This document shows positions 50,510-59,536 of a stretch of DNA of 64,000 nucleotides, piece after piece. The stretch is from positions 3,808,001-3,872,000 of the forward strand of contig OZ255836.1 of NCBI GenBank assembly GCA_965277715.1. The letters run 5' to 3'. Source of the stretch: Gammaproteobacteria bacterium. GTDB lineage: Bacteria; Pseudomonadota; Gammaproteobacteria; JBCCGL01. Both the position numbers and the translations under genes were made by a program. Position 1 is the stretch's first letter. Each line of letters starts with the position of its first letter. The notes below the pieces were generated by a model. That model was given only the letters and a program-made list of their open reading frames with translations. It had not been told where the DNA came from and did no database searches.

Positions 50510-51397
50510 ATGATAAAAAACCCTGTGCCCTGGCCAAACAATGCCAAATGTGCGGTTGCCTTCACCTTCGATATGGATGCCGATAGCCTGATTCATTTGG
50601 AACACCCAAAAACGGCGCACCGGAGAGTCTCGGCTATTTCCATGTTGCGCTATGGCCCGGAAGTGGCGATTGCCCGCATCCTCGAAACCTACCGTGAATA
50701 CAATATGCAGCAAACTTTTTACGTACCCGCCTGGTGTATTGAACAGTACACCGATGCGGTAAAAGCAATGGTCGATGGCGGGCACGAAGTCGCCCACCAC
50801 GGCTATATCCACGAAAACCCCAATGTCCTGCCGCCGGATGAAGAAAGGCACTGGTTACAGCGTGGCATCAGCGTTATCGAAAATGTGACGGGTCAGCGCC
50901 CGCGTGGGTGGCGGGCGCCGCTCTACAATTTTTCAGATGCCTCCGTCGATTTACTGATCGACGAAGGATTTCGTTACGACGCCTCCCTAATGGGTGATGA
51001 CGTACCGTATATATTGAAAACCGATAAAGGTCAGTTAATCGAACTACCTTCCTACTGGGGTATGGATGACTGGCCACAGTTTGTGCATTCGATCGATTTA
51101 AATTACACGATGCCGCTTCAGTCCCCATCGCGGGGGATGGATGTATTCCGCGAAGAATTCGATTCCATGTACAAACACGGTGGGTTGTGGGTCACCGTTT
51201 GGCATCCGTTTGCCTCCGGGCGATTGGCGCGCTGGGAAAAAGTCATCGAACTGATTGACTATATGAACAGCAAAGGTGATGTGTGGTTTGCGCGTATGGA
51301 AGACATTGCCGCGCATGTTCAAGCATGCATTGATGACGGCAGCTATGTGCCGCGTGTCGACGCCCTGCTGTATTATTCAGGGCCAGTGGAAATATAA
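50510..51397 (+). CDS. Polysaccharide deacetylase family (CE4/PuuE-like) protein
   Basis: WPNNAKCAVAFTFDMD, HEVAHHGYIHE, GWRAP, YDASLMGDD, HPFASGR; start re-set. Confidence 0.9.
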   Translation: MIKNPVPWPNNAKCAVAFTFDMDADSLIHLEHPKTAHRRVSAISMLRYGPEVAIARILETYREYNMQQTFYVPAWCIEQYTDAVKAMVDGGHEVAHHGYIHENPNVLPPDEERHWLQRGISVIENVTGQRPRGWRAPLYNFSDASVDLLIDEGFRYDASLMGDDVPYILKTDKGQLIELPSYWGMDDWPQFVHSIDLNYTMPLQSPSRGMDVFREEFDSMYKHGGLWVTVWHPFASGRLARWEKVIELIDYMNSKGDVWFARMEDIAAHVQACIDDGSYVPRVDALLYYSGPVEI

Positions 51398-51429
51398 GTA
51401 TTTTTAATTCAACTTTAACTTATACAGGC

Positions 51430-51457
51430 TTGCCTTAATCGATTTAGGGTCTACAAT
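51430..51457 (+). promoter_or_regulatory. Candidate sigma70 promoter of the cas operon
   Basis: TTGCCT-N16-TACAAT about 55 bp upstream of cas1. Confidence 0.45.
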
Positions 51458-51510
51458 TTAAAGTAACAGGCCGTTGAAGCCTGATTATCATTTTAAAAAA
51501 AGGCAAATAA

Positions 51511-52470
51511 ATGGAACAACTGACGGATTTAAAGGCGATACTGCACTCCAAGCGAGCGAATATCTATTACCTGGAAAAATGCCGTGTAATGCAAAAAGAC
51601 GGCAGGGTGCTTTACCTCACCGAGGCGAAAAATGAAAACCAGTATTGGAATATCCCTATTGCCAATACCACGGTAATCTTATTAGGCACGGGTACATCAA
51701 TCACGCAAGCGGCGGTAAGAATGCTGGCGTCGGCGGGGGTGTTGATCGGTTTTAGTGGTAGCGGTGCGACACCGCTGTTGGCCGCCAGTGAGGTTGAATG
51801 GCTATCGCCCCAAAGTGAATACCGCCCCACTGAGTATATTCAGGGTTGGATGTCATTTTGGTTTGATGGTGAAAAACGCCTGCAAGCCGCCAAGCAGCTT
51901 CAACAGGCGCGTATTCAGTTCTTAGCGGGTGTCTGGTCAAAAGATAAAGACCTGAAAGCAGAGGGTTTTTACCTCGATGATAAGGATATTACCCATGCCT
52001 TCAAAGACATCACCACTAAGATTGATGCCGCCCCTAAAGTCAGTGACTTATTGAATACCGAAGCCCTGCTAACCAAACAACTGTACAAAATTGCAGCAAA
52101 CCGCACGCAGTACGGTGATTTTGTACGCGAGCGGGAGGCAGAAGACACCGCCAATGCCTTTCTCAATCACGGCAACTACCTGGCGTATGGGTTGGCTGCC
52201 AGCACTTTATGGGTGCTTGGCATCCCTCACGGTTTTGCGGTTATGCACGGTAAAACCCGGCGAGGTGCATTGGTATTCGATGTCGCGGACTTGATTAAAG
52301 ATGCACTGGTGTTGCCCTGGGCGTTTATCTGTGCCAGAGAAAAAGCGACGGAGCAGGAATTTCGACAGCAGTGCCTGCAAGCGTTTACCCAGCACAAGGC
52401 GTTGGATTTTATGTTTGAAGCGGTGAAAAACATCGCCTTAAAAGCCGCTTGGGAAGGTGACACCCCATGA
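51511..52470 (+). CDS. cas1: Type I-F Cas1
   Basis: ILHSKRANIYYLEKCRV, YWNIPIANTT, SEYRPTEY, HGNYLAYG, HGKTRRGALVFDVADLIKD. Confidence 0.97.
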   Translation: MEQLTDLKAILHSKRANIYYLEKCRVMQKDGRVLYLTEAKNENQYWNIPIANTTVILLGTGTSITQAAVRMLASAGVLIGFSGSGATPLLAASEVEWLSPQSEYRPTEYIQGWMSFWFDGEKRLQAAKQLQQARIQFLAGVWSKDKDLKAEGFYLDDKDITHAFKDITTKIDAAPKVSDLLNTEALLTKQLYKIAANRTQYGDFVREREAEDTANAFLNHGNYLAYGLAASTLWVLGIPHGFAVMHGKTRRGALVFDVADLIKDALVLPWAFICAREKATEQEFRQQCLQAFTQHKALDFMFEAVKNIALKAAWEGDTP

Positions 52471-55424
52471 TGGTTACCCTTGTTTCTCAGTGTGAGAAAA
52501 AAGCATTGCGTAAAACCCGCAGAGTGCTGGATGCCTTTGCCAATCGCATTGGGGACAATACCTGGCAGACGGTGATTACCCAAGAGGGTTTGCTGGCAGT
52601 TAAAAAATTGCTGCGCAAGACCGCCAGCAAAAATACAGCGGTGAGCTGCCACTGGATTCGTAGCCGCGCCCGCAGTGACTTGGTGTGGGTGGTGGGGGAT
52701 AAAAGCAAGTTTAGTGTAAACGGAATTGTACCTGTAAATTTCACGGCAAAAGAGGTGCCAATGGATATAGTAACTGACAAACCGCGTAAAGGTGTTGATT
52801 ATGCAAATACACACTTACAACGCTTAGATTATCATCTGTATGCGGTAGGGTTTATTGCACAGTATTTGTATTTAAGTTTTTATCCTGATAAAAAACAAAA
52901 CGCTAAAGCTGCTTTTTTTGCAGGTTGTTTACATGATATTGGCAAGCTTGATCCAAGCTTTCAGAATTGGGTTACTAAGTTAAAAAATAGGGCTTACTTT
53001 GCTGAAGATGGGCAGCATATAGACGAAGCAAAATTCAGTTTTGATAAACACCCTAGGCACAACGAAATTTCAGTGCTTGTTTATGAACTGTTAGATGATG
53101 TTTCGCTGAAAACAATAGATTCACAAAATAAGAAATCGATTAGACATGCTATTTATTGGCATCATGCTAAGCCCTTCAGGCAAAAGGGAGGGTTTGAGAC
53201 CTATGCCGATATTTATAAGAAATTGGATAAAGCTCTTAAAGGTGAAGCATGGTCTCAGGTGATTGAGAAGTCCTTAGAAGTATTAGCCCGTATTGGAAAG
53301 ATAGATTGTAGATATCGTGGTATTGAGTCCAGCCACTTAGAGAAGATTTACCCAAAGAAAATAGATGCCGATAAGTTGAATTATATTGAATCCAAATTGT
53401 TGCCAAAATACAAGATGTATGGCCTTTCTGAAGAAATAGCAGATTACAAAGAAGAATCAAAATTTAATGCTACTAACAATGAAATTCGATCTTTTTTAAT
53501 TACAGCAGATCGGTGGGTATCCAGCATGTCAGCGCAAGAGTTGGTAAGCGCTATTGATGAGAAGACATTGGCAGAGTTCGCTGATAATCAACTCGAAAGC
53601 GAAGTAATCATAGAAAGTAATTTAGAAAGCGAAATAGTCGCATGTATAAGTAAATTCTCCAACAGTGAACGAAGCGAAAAACAAACGCTAGTCGCCAATG
53701 CACTAGTTGAAAATAGCAATCATGTTAGTGTATTAGCAGGTGCTGCAGGTTGTGGAAAAACAAAAATAGCACTGGACTGGGCGAGGCTAGGTAAATCACA
53801 ACAAATACTTTGGATTTGTCCTCGCGTACAAATATGTCAAGGGTTATTTGCCGAATTGGCAAGTGATGTCTACCTTCCTACTACTAACATTGAGCTCTAT
53901 ACAGGTGAATTTAAGTGTACAAATACCTATCAAAACATAACTCCTGAATTAGATTATTTTACTGGTGATATTGTTATCACCACGATTGATCAGGTTCTCA
54001 GTATGGTTATAAGCCATACCAAAGCGGACAGGTTGCTTAATTATTTAACCGCGCATGTGGTGTTTGATGAATACCATGAATATATTAATATGCCAGCATT
54101 TAATTTGTTATTCGCAGAGCTCGTGGCTTCAAAGCAGAGTTTAGGTGGTAGTACAAAAACTCTGTTGGTTTCAGCTACACCACACTATGCCTATCTCGAA
54201 AATATACTGGATTTAGATGCTGAATATGATGTAGAAGAAATGCCATCGTTTAATCAAAGTCGATATAAATTTGAGTTCTGTGTTTTTTGTGAAAAGGATC
54301 ATAATGATAAAAATCCCTTGTATCATAAGCAAAAAATTAACAGTTTTGTTATTAGTAATACTGCTACAACTGCTCAGAAAAGTTTTATTCTTAACCAACA
54401 TAATGAAAATGCAATTTTACTTCATTCAAAGTATAAAAAAAGCGATAAAAAGAAATTATTTGAACGCGTATTTGAGTCATTTAGGCGTGATGGAAATAAG
54501 CAATATAAAATATTAAGGAGTGGTCCTATAGTGCAGGCGTCCTTGAATATTAGTTGTGATTATATGGTATCTGAAATAACCACTGCAGAAAACAATTTAC
54601 AACGTTTAGGGCGCTTAGATCGTTTTGGGGAAAACGAACACACCAACCAATATGTGATTGCTGTTCCTGACTCATTTCATAATGGTAAGAATAGCGGGGC
54701 TACTGCCAGGTTTCTTAATTCAACCAGTAGTCTTGCAGCGACTAGAGCGTGGTATAACTATTTACAGGAGGTAAGTGATTTAGGAGAAAAGATTTTTTTA
54801 CTGGCTGATATTTATCATATTTACAAAGATTTTTATAGTTTGGGTTCGCCTGCCTATAAAGAGATAGTCAGCGACTTACTCAAAGCAATGAAAGAGAGCG
54901 TTAATCTAATAACAGCTAAGGTATCAGAACCTCAAGTCATTGCGAGATCGAAAAAAAGCGCTGCACAAAGAAAAAAAATTAGTAAGAATTCATTGCGTGG
55001 TGATAATCGTTTTATACAGATGGCGATATGTGATGTATCGTTGGTTTATAGTCCTCAAGTTCTTGATCAGTATGCTTACGATATTCCTACATCAGAATCA
55101 GTTGATGTTGATAATATAACCGGTTCTTTAAGAAGGCTTATTTCGGATGGATTACTCAGTTATGCTGCGCAAAAACATGGTCGCATAGATGAAACCAGTA
55201 TAATTAAGGATATACCAGCAAATAGAATGAAAGTTAGAGAAACCTTGTTAGAGGGATATGCAAGAGATCCTGAGTACCCTATTTTTGTAAGTTATACGCC
55301 TAGTGAGTTAGATCAGAAGCTTGGAGAACACACTGCGCATGATGAAGCAATTTACTATGGAGTGTGTGAGAAGCAACCCATAGGCAGTATTTCAATGAAA
55401 CAGTTACTTAACCCTGAGGAGTAA
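52467..55424 (+). CDS. cas3: Cas2-Cas3 fusion (HD nuclease plus SF2 helicase), I-F variant type
   Basis: N-terminal Cas2 (VSQCEKKAL..TRRVLDAFA.RIGD.TWQT.IT.EGL, TAVSCHWIR), HD (LHDIGK), Walker A GAAGCGKT, DEYH, SAT, QRLGRLDR. Confidence 0.95.
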   Translation: MMVTLVSQCEKKALRKTRRVLDAFANRIGDNTWQTVITQEGLLAVKKLLRKTASKNTAVSCHWIRSRARSDLVWVVGDKSKFSVNGIVPVNFTAKEVPMDIVTDKPRKGVDYANTHLQRLDYHLYAVGFIAQYLYLSFYPDKKQNAKAAFFAGCLHDIGKLDPSFQNWVTKLKNRAYFAEDGQHIDEAKFSFDKHPRHNEISVLVYELLDDVSLKTIDSQNKKSIRHAIYWHHAKPFRQKGGFETYADIYKKLDKALKGEAWSQVIEKSLEVLARIGKIDCRYRGIESSHLEKIYPKKIDADKLNYIESKLLPKYKMYGLSEEIADYKEESKFNATNNEIRSFLITADRWVSSMSAQELVSAIDEKTLAEFADNQLESEVIIESNLESEIVACISKFSNSERSEKQTLVANALVENSNHVSVLAGAAGCGKTKIALDWARLGKSQQILWICPRVQICQGLFAELASDVYLPTTNIELYTGEFKCTNTYQNITPELDYFTGDIVITTIDQVLSMVISHTKADRLLNYLTAHVVFDEYHEYINMPAFNLLFAELVASKQSLGGSTKTLLVSATPHYAYLENILDLDAEYDVEEMPSFNQSRYKFEFCVFCEKDHNDKNPLYHKQKINSFVISNTATTAQKSFILNQHNENAILLHSKYKKSDKKKLFERVFESFRRDGNKQYKILRSGPIVQASLNISCDYMVSEITTAENNLQRLGRLDRFGENEHTNQYVIAVPDSFHNGKNSGATARFLNSTSSLAATRAWYNYLQEVSDLGEKIFLLADIYHIYKDFYSLGSPAYKEIVSDLLKAMKESVNLITAKVSEPQVIARSKKSAAQRKKISKNSLRGDNRFIQMAICDVSLVYSPQVLDQYAYDIPTSESVDVDNITGSLRRLISDGLLSYAAQKHGRIDETSIIKDIPANRMKVRETLLEGYARDPEYPIFVSYTPSELDQKLGEHTAHDEAIYYGVCEKQPIGSISMKQLLNPEE

Positions 55425-55427
55425 AGA

Positions 55428-56381
55428 ATGAAAAAAGTAACAGGCATTAAAAGTGTTGATTTCAGAGTTACAGCTAGAGGTCATGGCGTTGTAAACTGGA
55501 ATGGCCCCACGACTCTTAGTAACAGCGAAGGTAAAATGATGAATAATCATACGCTGCCAAAGCTGCGGGGTTATACCAATCTAACCGGTAAAATTAAAGA
55601 TGAAACGGGTTTCAAATATAAAAAAGAGGCTACCGATATAAACTTTAAGGAGAACCCTCTTTATATCAGTCAAAATTGTATACGGCATCATTTGTTTAGA
55701 GATCACGCGTTTGACCTTCATTATGCAGGTGAGAAAAATTTAACGCCTGTACTCGCATCTATTACTGGTTTGATTCGAGGGTATGTTGTCCCAGTTAGCC
55801 AGTGTAAACGCACTAGCCCATTATTGATGGAGGATTTTGTAGACCAATTGGGAAATGGTAATTTTGAACAGTTTGGTCAAGCGGGTGAGCGAGATGATTC
55901 TTCATTTTTTTCAAAAACCACTTTTGGTGATACCGAGTATCTATCTTATGGTTCGATTAGCATTGAACAGTTGCAATTTATCTCACTCGACAAAAAATTT
56001 GATCGGGCCGCAATGTTGATAAAAGACGGTGAAGGTGAAAAAGTTGCTGAAGCTGTTCAGGCATTTATTCAATCTTTGGACGAAGAACTAAACCCTCAAG
56101 CGACCTTTCATAAAAACTACGTGAGAAAAGGAACTATTTTTGAAGAAGGTGAAGTTGGAGTTCTCCTTAATCAGGATGCTATGCAGGCGCTCGTCAGTTA
56201 TACCATCAAAGCTATATCTGAGCTTTCAATACGCCAAGCAAAATCTTATATGTATGTAGACACGGTTGAAGTCGACTATAACAATAGTCCAAAAATGATG
56301 AGGATTAAACGCTCAGATGGACAGGTATCTCCAGATCCTGAATCGCCTTTCGCTATTTATTTTGAAGAAAAATCGGTGTAA
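55428..56381 (+). CDS. cas7fv: Cas7fv backbone protein
   Basis: 317 aa; [10 protein letters not shown]...[31 protein letters not shown] resemble Shewanella I-Fv Cas7; directly after cas3 with no cas8f. Confidence 0.88.
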   Translation: MKKVTGIKSVDFRVTARGHGVVNWNGPTTLSNSEGKMMNNHTLPKLRGYTNLTGKIKDETGFKYKKEATDINFKENPLYISQNCIRHHLFRDHAFDLHYAGEKNLTPVLASITGLIRGYVVPVSQCKRTSPLLMEDFVDQLGNGNFEQFGQAGERDDSSFFSKTTFGDTEYLSYGSISIEQLQFISLDKKFDRAAMLIKDGEGEKVAEAVQAFIQSLDEELNPQATFHKNYVRKGTIFEEGEVGVLLNQDAMQALVSYTIKAISELSIRQAKSYMYVDTVEVDYNNSPKMMRIKRSDGQVSPDPESPFAIYFEEKSV

Positions 56382-56386
56382 GTATA

Positions 56387-57394
56387 ATGAGGATAAAAAT
56401 TGAATATGAGTCGTCGTGGCGAAATTCTTTTTTAGATGGAAGCAATAATGAATCTTTGCCAAAAAAAGGTAGGAATTTTGTTGGTTCGATGACAGCATTG
56501 AAAAAAGAGGAAAATTATTTGTCTCGTGAAATTACTTTGTCGACAGTGATGGGCATTTTGAACCGATTGATCGGTGACCAGCGAAAACTATACCAATCAA
56601 GGAGTTCTCCCGATTATTATTTTTATGAAATAGAAAAATTAGTTGAGTTTGAGGATAAACCATATTTTATTAACAATGAGGTGATTTATATTAGAAATAT
56701 GAAAGGTAGTACCGATCAAAATGCTTTCACCGGTATGATAAAAGTAAATGATCCCATTTTTATTTCTGGCTATTCAAGTCAGTTCTGGGGCACCTTGCAA
56801 TTAGATTTTGAGGAATTATGTCAGTTTATTATTAACGATAATTTTTTGATTGAGAGATTGAAAAAAACTGACCCAATTTTGATGATTAGTCGCCTGGAGT
56901 CTCTGGACAAAGAAAAAGCAGTTGAGCTAACCGGCCATGTAAAGTTAGCCCATGAAAAGCTAAACTTGATGTTTCCAGAACAAAATTACTTAAACCCTAA
57001 GGGCTTGATAAAGCCAATAATGTTTTATTGCTCTGCGTTGTATCTTCAACTTGCTAGACTTGAAAAACGTTTCGATATGAGAAGTGCCAAAACAAAATCT
57101 GGTGGTATTGGTGGTATATCCAAACGAGGTTTTACTAAAAAAGATTTTATGAATTGTTATACCACGGGAGGTAAAAAAATTATTTGGGGTAACCCATATA
57201 TGAAAAAAGAAAGATTGAAAGGAGAAGGAGAGGTAACATCATTGCTGACTAAAGCAAGTGGGCTATTAACCATCAGAATTGATGTTGATAAAAGCTGGGC
57301 GAGAAACTTTAAAGACCTAATTGAGACTGCTGGGGTATCCAGTTTCTACCTGGGTAAAAAAGGACTTGCTTATGTTAGCGATATTAGAATTTAG
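56387..57394 (+). CDS. cas5fv: Cas5fv
   Basis: 335 aa; [50 protein letters not shown] (Gly-rich RAMP loop). Confidence 0.88.
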   Translation: MRIKIEYESSWRNSFLDGSNNESLPKKGRNFVGSMTALKKEENYLSREITLSTVMGILNRLIGDQRKLYQSRSSPDYYFYEIEKLVEFEDKPYFINNEVIYIRNMKGSTDQNAFTGMIKVNDPIFISGYSSQFWGTLQLDFEELCQFIINDNFLIERLKKTDPILMISRLESLDKEKAVELTGHVKLAHEKLNLMFPEQNYLNPKGLIKPIMFYCSALYLQLARLEKRFDMRSAKTKSGGIGGISKRGFTKKDFMNCYTTGGKKIIWGNPYMKKERLKGEGEVTSLLTKASGLLTIRIDVDKSWARNFKDLIETAGVSSFYLGKKGLAYVSDIRI

Positions 57395-57406
57395 AGAGAA
57401 TCGAAT

Positions 57407-57967
57407 ATGAACTATTATTTTGATATAAAACTTAATCCAGATTCTGAAATGCCACTTAATCAATTATTAAATGTGGTGTATACCAAATTTCATAAGGCAT
57501 TGTATGATCTGTCATCACAAAGTATTGGTGTAAGCTTTCCTCGATATAATATTATTTTGGGAAATGTGGTTCGAGTACATGGTGATGCTAAAGCGCTTGA
57601 AAATTTGCGAGAAATAAATTGGTTAGGTGGTATAAGTGGTTACTGTGATGTTATCACTATCAAACAAGTACCTCACAACGTACAGTATCGCACTATTAGC
57701 CGTGTACAGCCTAATATGAGTCTATCCGATTTACGGCGTCTTACAAAACGACACTCAATCTCTGAGGGTGTTGTTAAAGAGTATAAAGCCAAGATGTTCA
57801 GCAAAGGACTAGATAATCCATTTGTTGAGTTGGATAGTGGTTCAAGTGGAAATAAATACCGGCGTTATTTCCAGTTTGGAGTGTTACTTGACGAACCTAT
57901 ACAGGGAATATTTGACCAGTTTGGCCTTAGTAAAACAGCTACAGTACCTTGGTTCCCAGCAGGTTGA
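57407..57967 (+). CDS. cas6f: Cas6f (Csy4) crRNA endoribonuclease
   Basis: KFHKAL (catalytic His position), IGVSFP, LGNVVRVHG, FDQFGLSKTATVPWF. Confidence 0.95.
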   Translation: MNYYFDIKLNPDSEMPLNQLLNVVYTKFHKALYDLSSQSIGVSFPRYNIILGNVVRVHGDAKALENLREINWLGGISGYCDVITIKQVPHNVQYRTISRVQPNMSLSDLRRLTKRHSISEGVVKEYKAKMFSKGLDNPFVELDSGSSGNKYRRYFQFGVLLDEPIQGIFDQFGLSKTATVPWFPAG

Positions 57968-58080
57968 TGCCAGCATCCAGTTCCATAAACTAGGTGTAGT
58001 ATTCTTAATCTGATTACGGATTACCTCATTTTTCTGTCAGTGTACGTCTGCACAGTTGGCAAGGTAAGTCGATTGAATTT

Positions 58081-58243
58081 ATGTGGCAAAGGCGTTTAAC
58101 TTTTCCATATGCCTATGTAAAAAGCTTATCCACTGGGAATATGATAAGGATATATTGATCACGGTGTATTGTGTGATACACCGCAAGAAGGTGTATTCTC
58201 CAGCTATGGCCTAAGCAAGACAGCAACGATACCCTGGTTTTAA
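58081..58243 (+). pseudogene. cas6f: C-terminal relic of a second, divergent cas6f
   Basis: RRLTFPYAYVKSLSTGNMIRIY, frameshift in an ATATAT run, IDHGVLCDTPQEGVFSSYGLSKTATIPWF*. Confidence 0.88.
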
Positions 58244-58374
58244 CCTTCTTTTTTTATGTTCTTTAAAAATTTAATAAGATTAATAAGTTATAGAATCACT
58301 AAATTTCATAGGTATTTTTGTTATTTGAGGTTAAGTGTTTATTGTGGCTAATTTTTTTTGCTTTATATTCGTGG
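58244..58374 (+). promoter_or_regulatory. Type I-F CRISPR leader
   Basis: AT-rich, 131 bp; CCTTCTTTTTTT...CTTTAAAAAT, IHF-like ATTAATAAGTTA, T-tract just before the repeat. Confidence 0.8.
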
Positions 58375-58402
58375 GTGCACTGCCGTACAGGTAGCACTAA
58401 TC
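58375..58402 (+). CRISPR. Single degenerate type I-F repeat; no spacer or second repeat
   Basis: GTGCACTGCCGTACAGGTAGCACTAATC versus canonical GTTCACTGCCGTACAGGCAGCTTAGAAA (19 of the first 21 match, 3' end diverged). Confidence 0.82.
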
Positions 58403-58489
58403 AACGGGTACAACTAAATACGTACTTAGCCGACTAAAACTTCTATAGTAATACGCTATAAAGCAATCTGAAGCACTGAAAAAATACCT

Positions 58490-59458
58490 ATGCAGACCCC
58501 ATCTACCAGCACGCCTAAAAAAATCCCAGTAGGTATCAGCGCCTGTCTACTCGGTGATCCGGTGCGTTATAACGGTGGCCACAAACGCTCAACCTTATGC
58601 CAGGAAGTGTTTACCGAGTACTTTGATTACGTTACCTTTTGCCCGGAAGTCAGTGCCGGGTTTGGGGTGCCAAGGCCCACCATGCGCCTGGTCGGTGACC
58701 CCAGCGCGCCGGTTTTAACCTATGTAAAAAACAGCGATGAAGACCTTAGTGAGCAGTTGCGCGCCGGGTTTACCGCGCAGCTCGAACGCTGTGTCGATCT
58801 CGATGGTTATATTCTGATGAAGAATTCACCGAGCTGCGGTATGGCGCGCATCAAGGTTTATCAAGCCTCTGGGGCGCCGCATCAAACCAAATCCCGTGGT
58901 TTGTTTGCCGATGCCTTGATAAAACGTTACCCACAGATGCCGATTGAGGAAGAAGGTCGGTTGAACGATACGCACCTTCGGGAGAATTTTGTTATGCGGG
59001 TGTACGCACACCATCGCTTTCGCCACGATGTGCTGGCGGTGCGCCGCTATAAGGCGTTGCTGGATTATCACAGTGGCTATAAATACCTGTTGATGGCGCA
59101 TAGCCAAACCGCCTATCGGGCGTTAGGGAAAATGCTGGCATCGTCCAGCGCCTTGCCCATTGATACCGTGTTGCACGATTATTTTGTCGATTTTATGGCG
59201 GCGATTGCGACACCCGCCAGCCGGGCCGGGCATTGTAATGTCTTGCAGCATATCCTGGGCTACCTGAAAAAATCGGTATCCGGGCAAGCGCGGCAGGATA
59301 TCGATCAGGTGATTGCCCGTTATCGGCGTGGTGAGGTTAGCCTGGCCACGCCACTGGCGTTACTTAACCACTATATTAAGCAGTCGGGTAGTGATTATAT
59401 TCGTGCGCAACGCTACTTGGCACCGCACCCGCCGTCGCTAGAGGCTTGTCGGTTTTAA
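58490..59458 (+). CDS. DUF523/DUF1722 (YbgA, 2-thiouracil desulfidase-like) protein
   Basis: GISACLLGDPVRYNGGH, CPEV, KNSPSCG, EEEGRLND, HSGYKYLLMAHS, NVLQHILGYLK. Confidence 0.92.
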   Translation: MQTPSTSTPKKIPVGISACLLGDPVRYNGGHKRSTLCQEVFTEYFDYVTFCPEVSAGFGVPRPTMRLVGDPSAPVLTYVKNSDEDLSEQLRAGFTAQLERCVDLDGYILMKNSPSCGMARIKVYQASGAPHQTKSRGLFADALIKRYPQMPIEEEGRLNDTHLRENFVMRVYAHHRFRHDVLAVRRYKALLDYHSGYKYLLMAHSQTAYRALGKMLASSSALPIDTVLHDYFVDFMAAIATPASRAGHCNVLQHILGYLKKSVSGQARQDIDQVIARYRRGEVSLATPLALLNHYIKQSGSDYIRAQRYLAPHPPSLEACRF

Positions 59459-59536
59459 GCGCGTTATTTATTTTTAAGGCAGTCGACGATATTCTCATAT
59501 TGAACGCTATCGCACACCGCTCCTGAATAACACGAT

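Noticed and set aside
51511-58402. CRISPR-associated transposon (I-F3 CAST)
   Set aside because: Cas1 and Cas3 are present; no tniQ/tnsABC or cas8-5 fusion in the window
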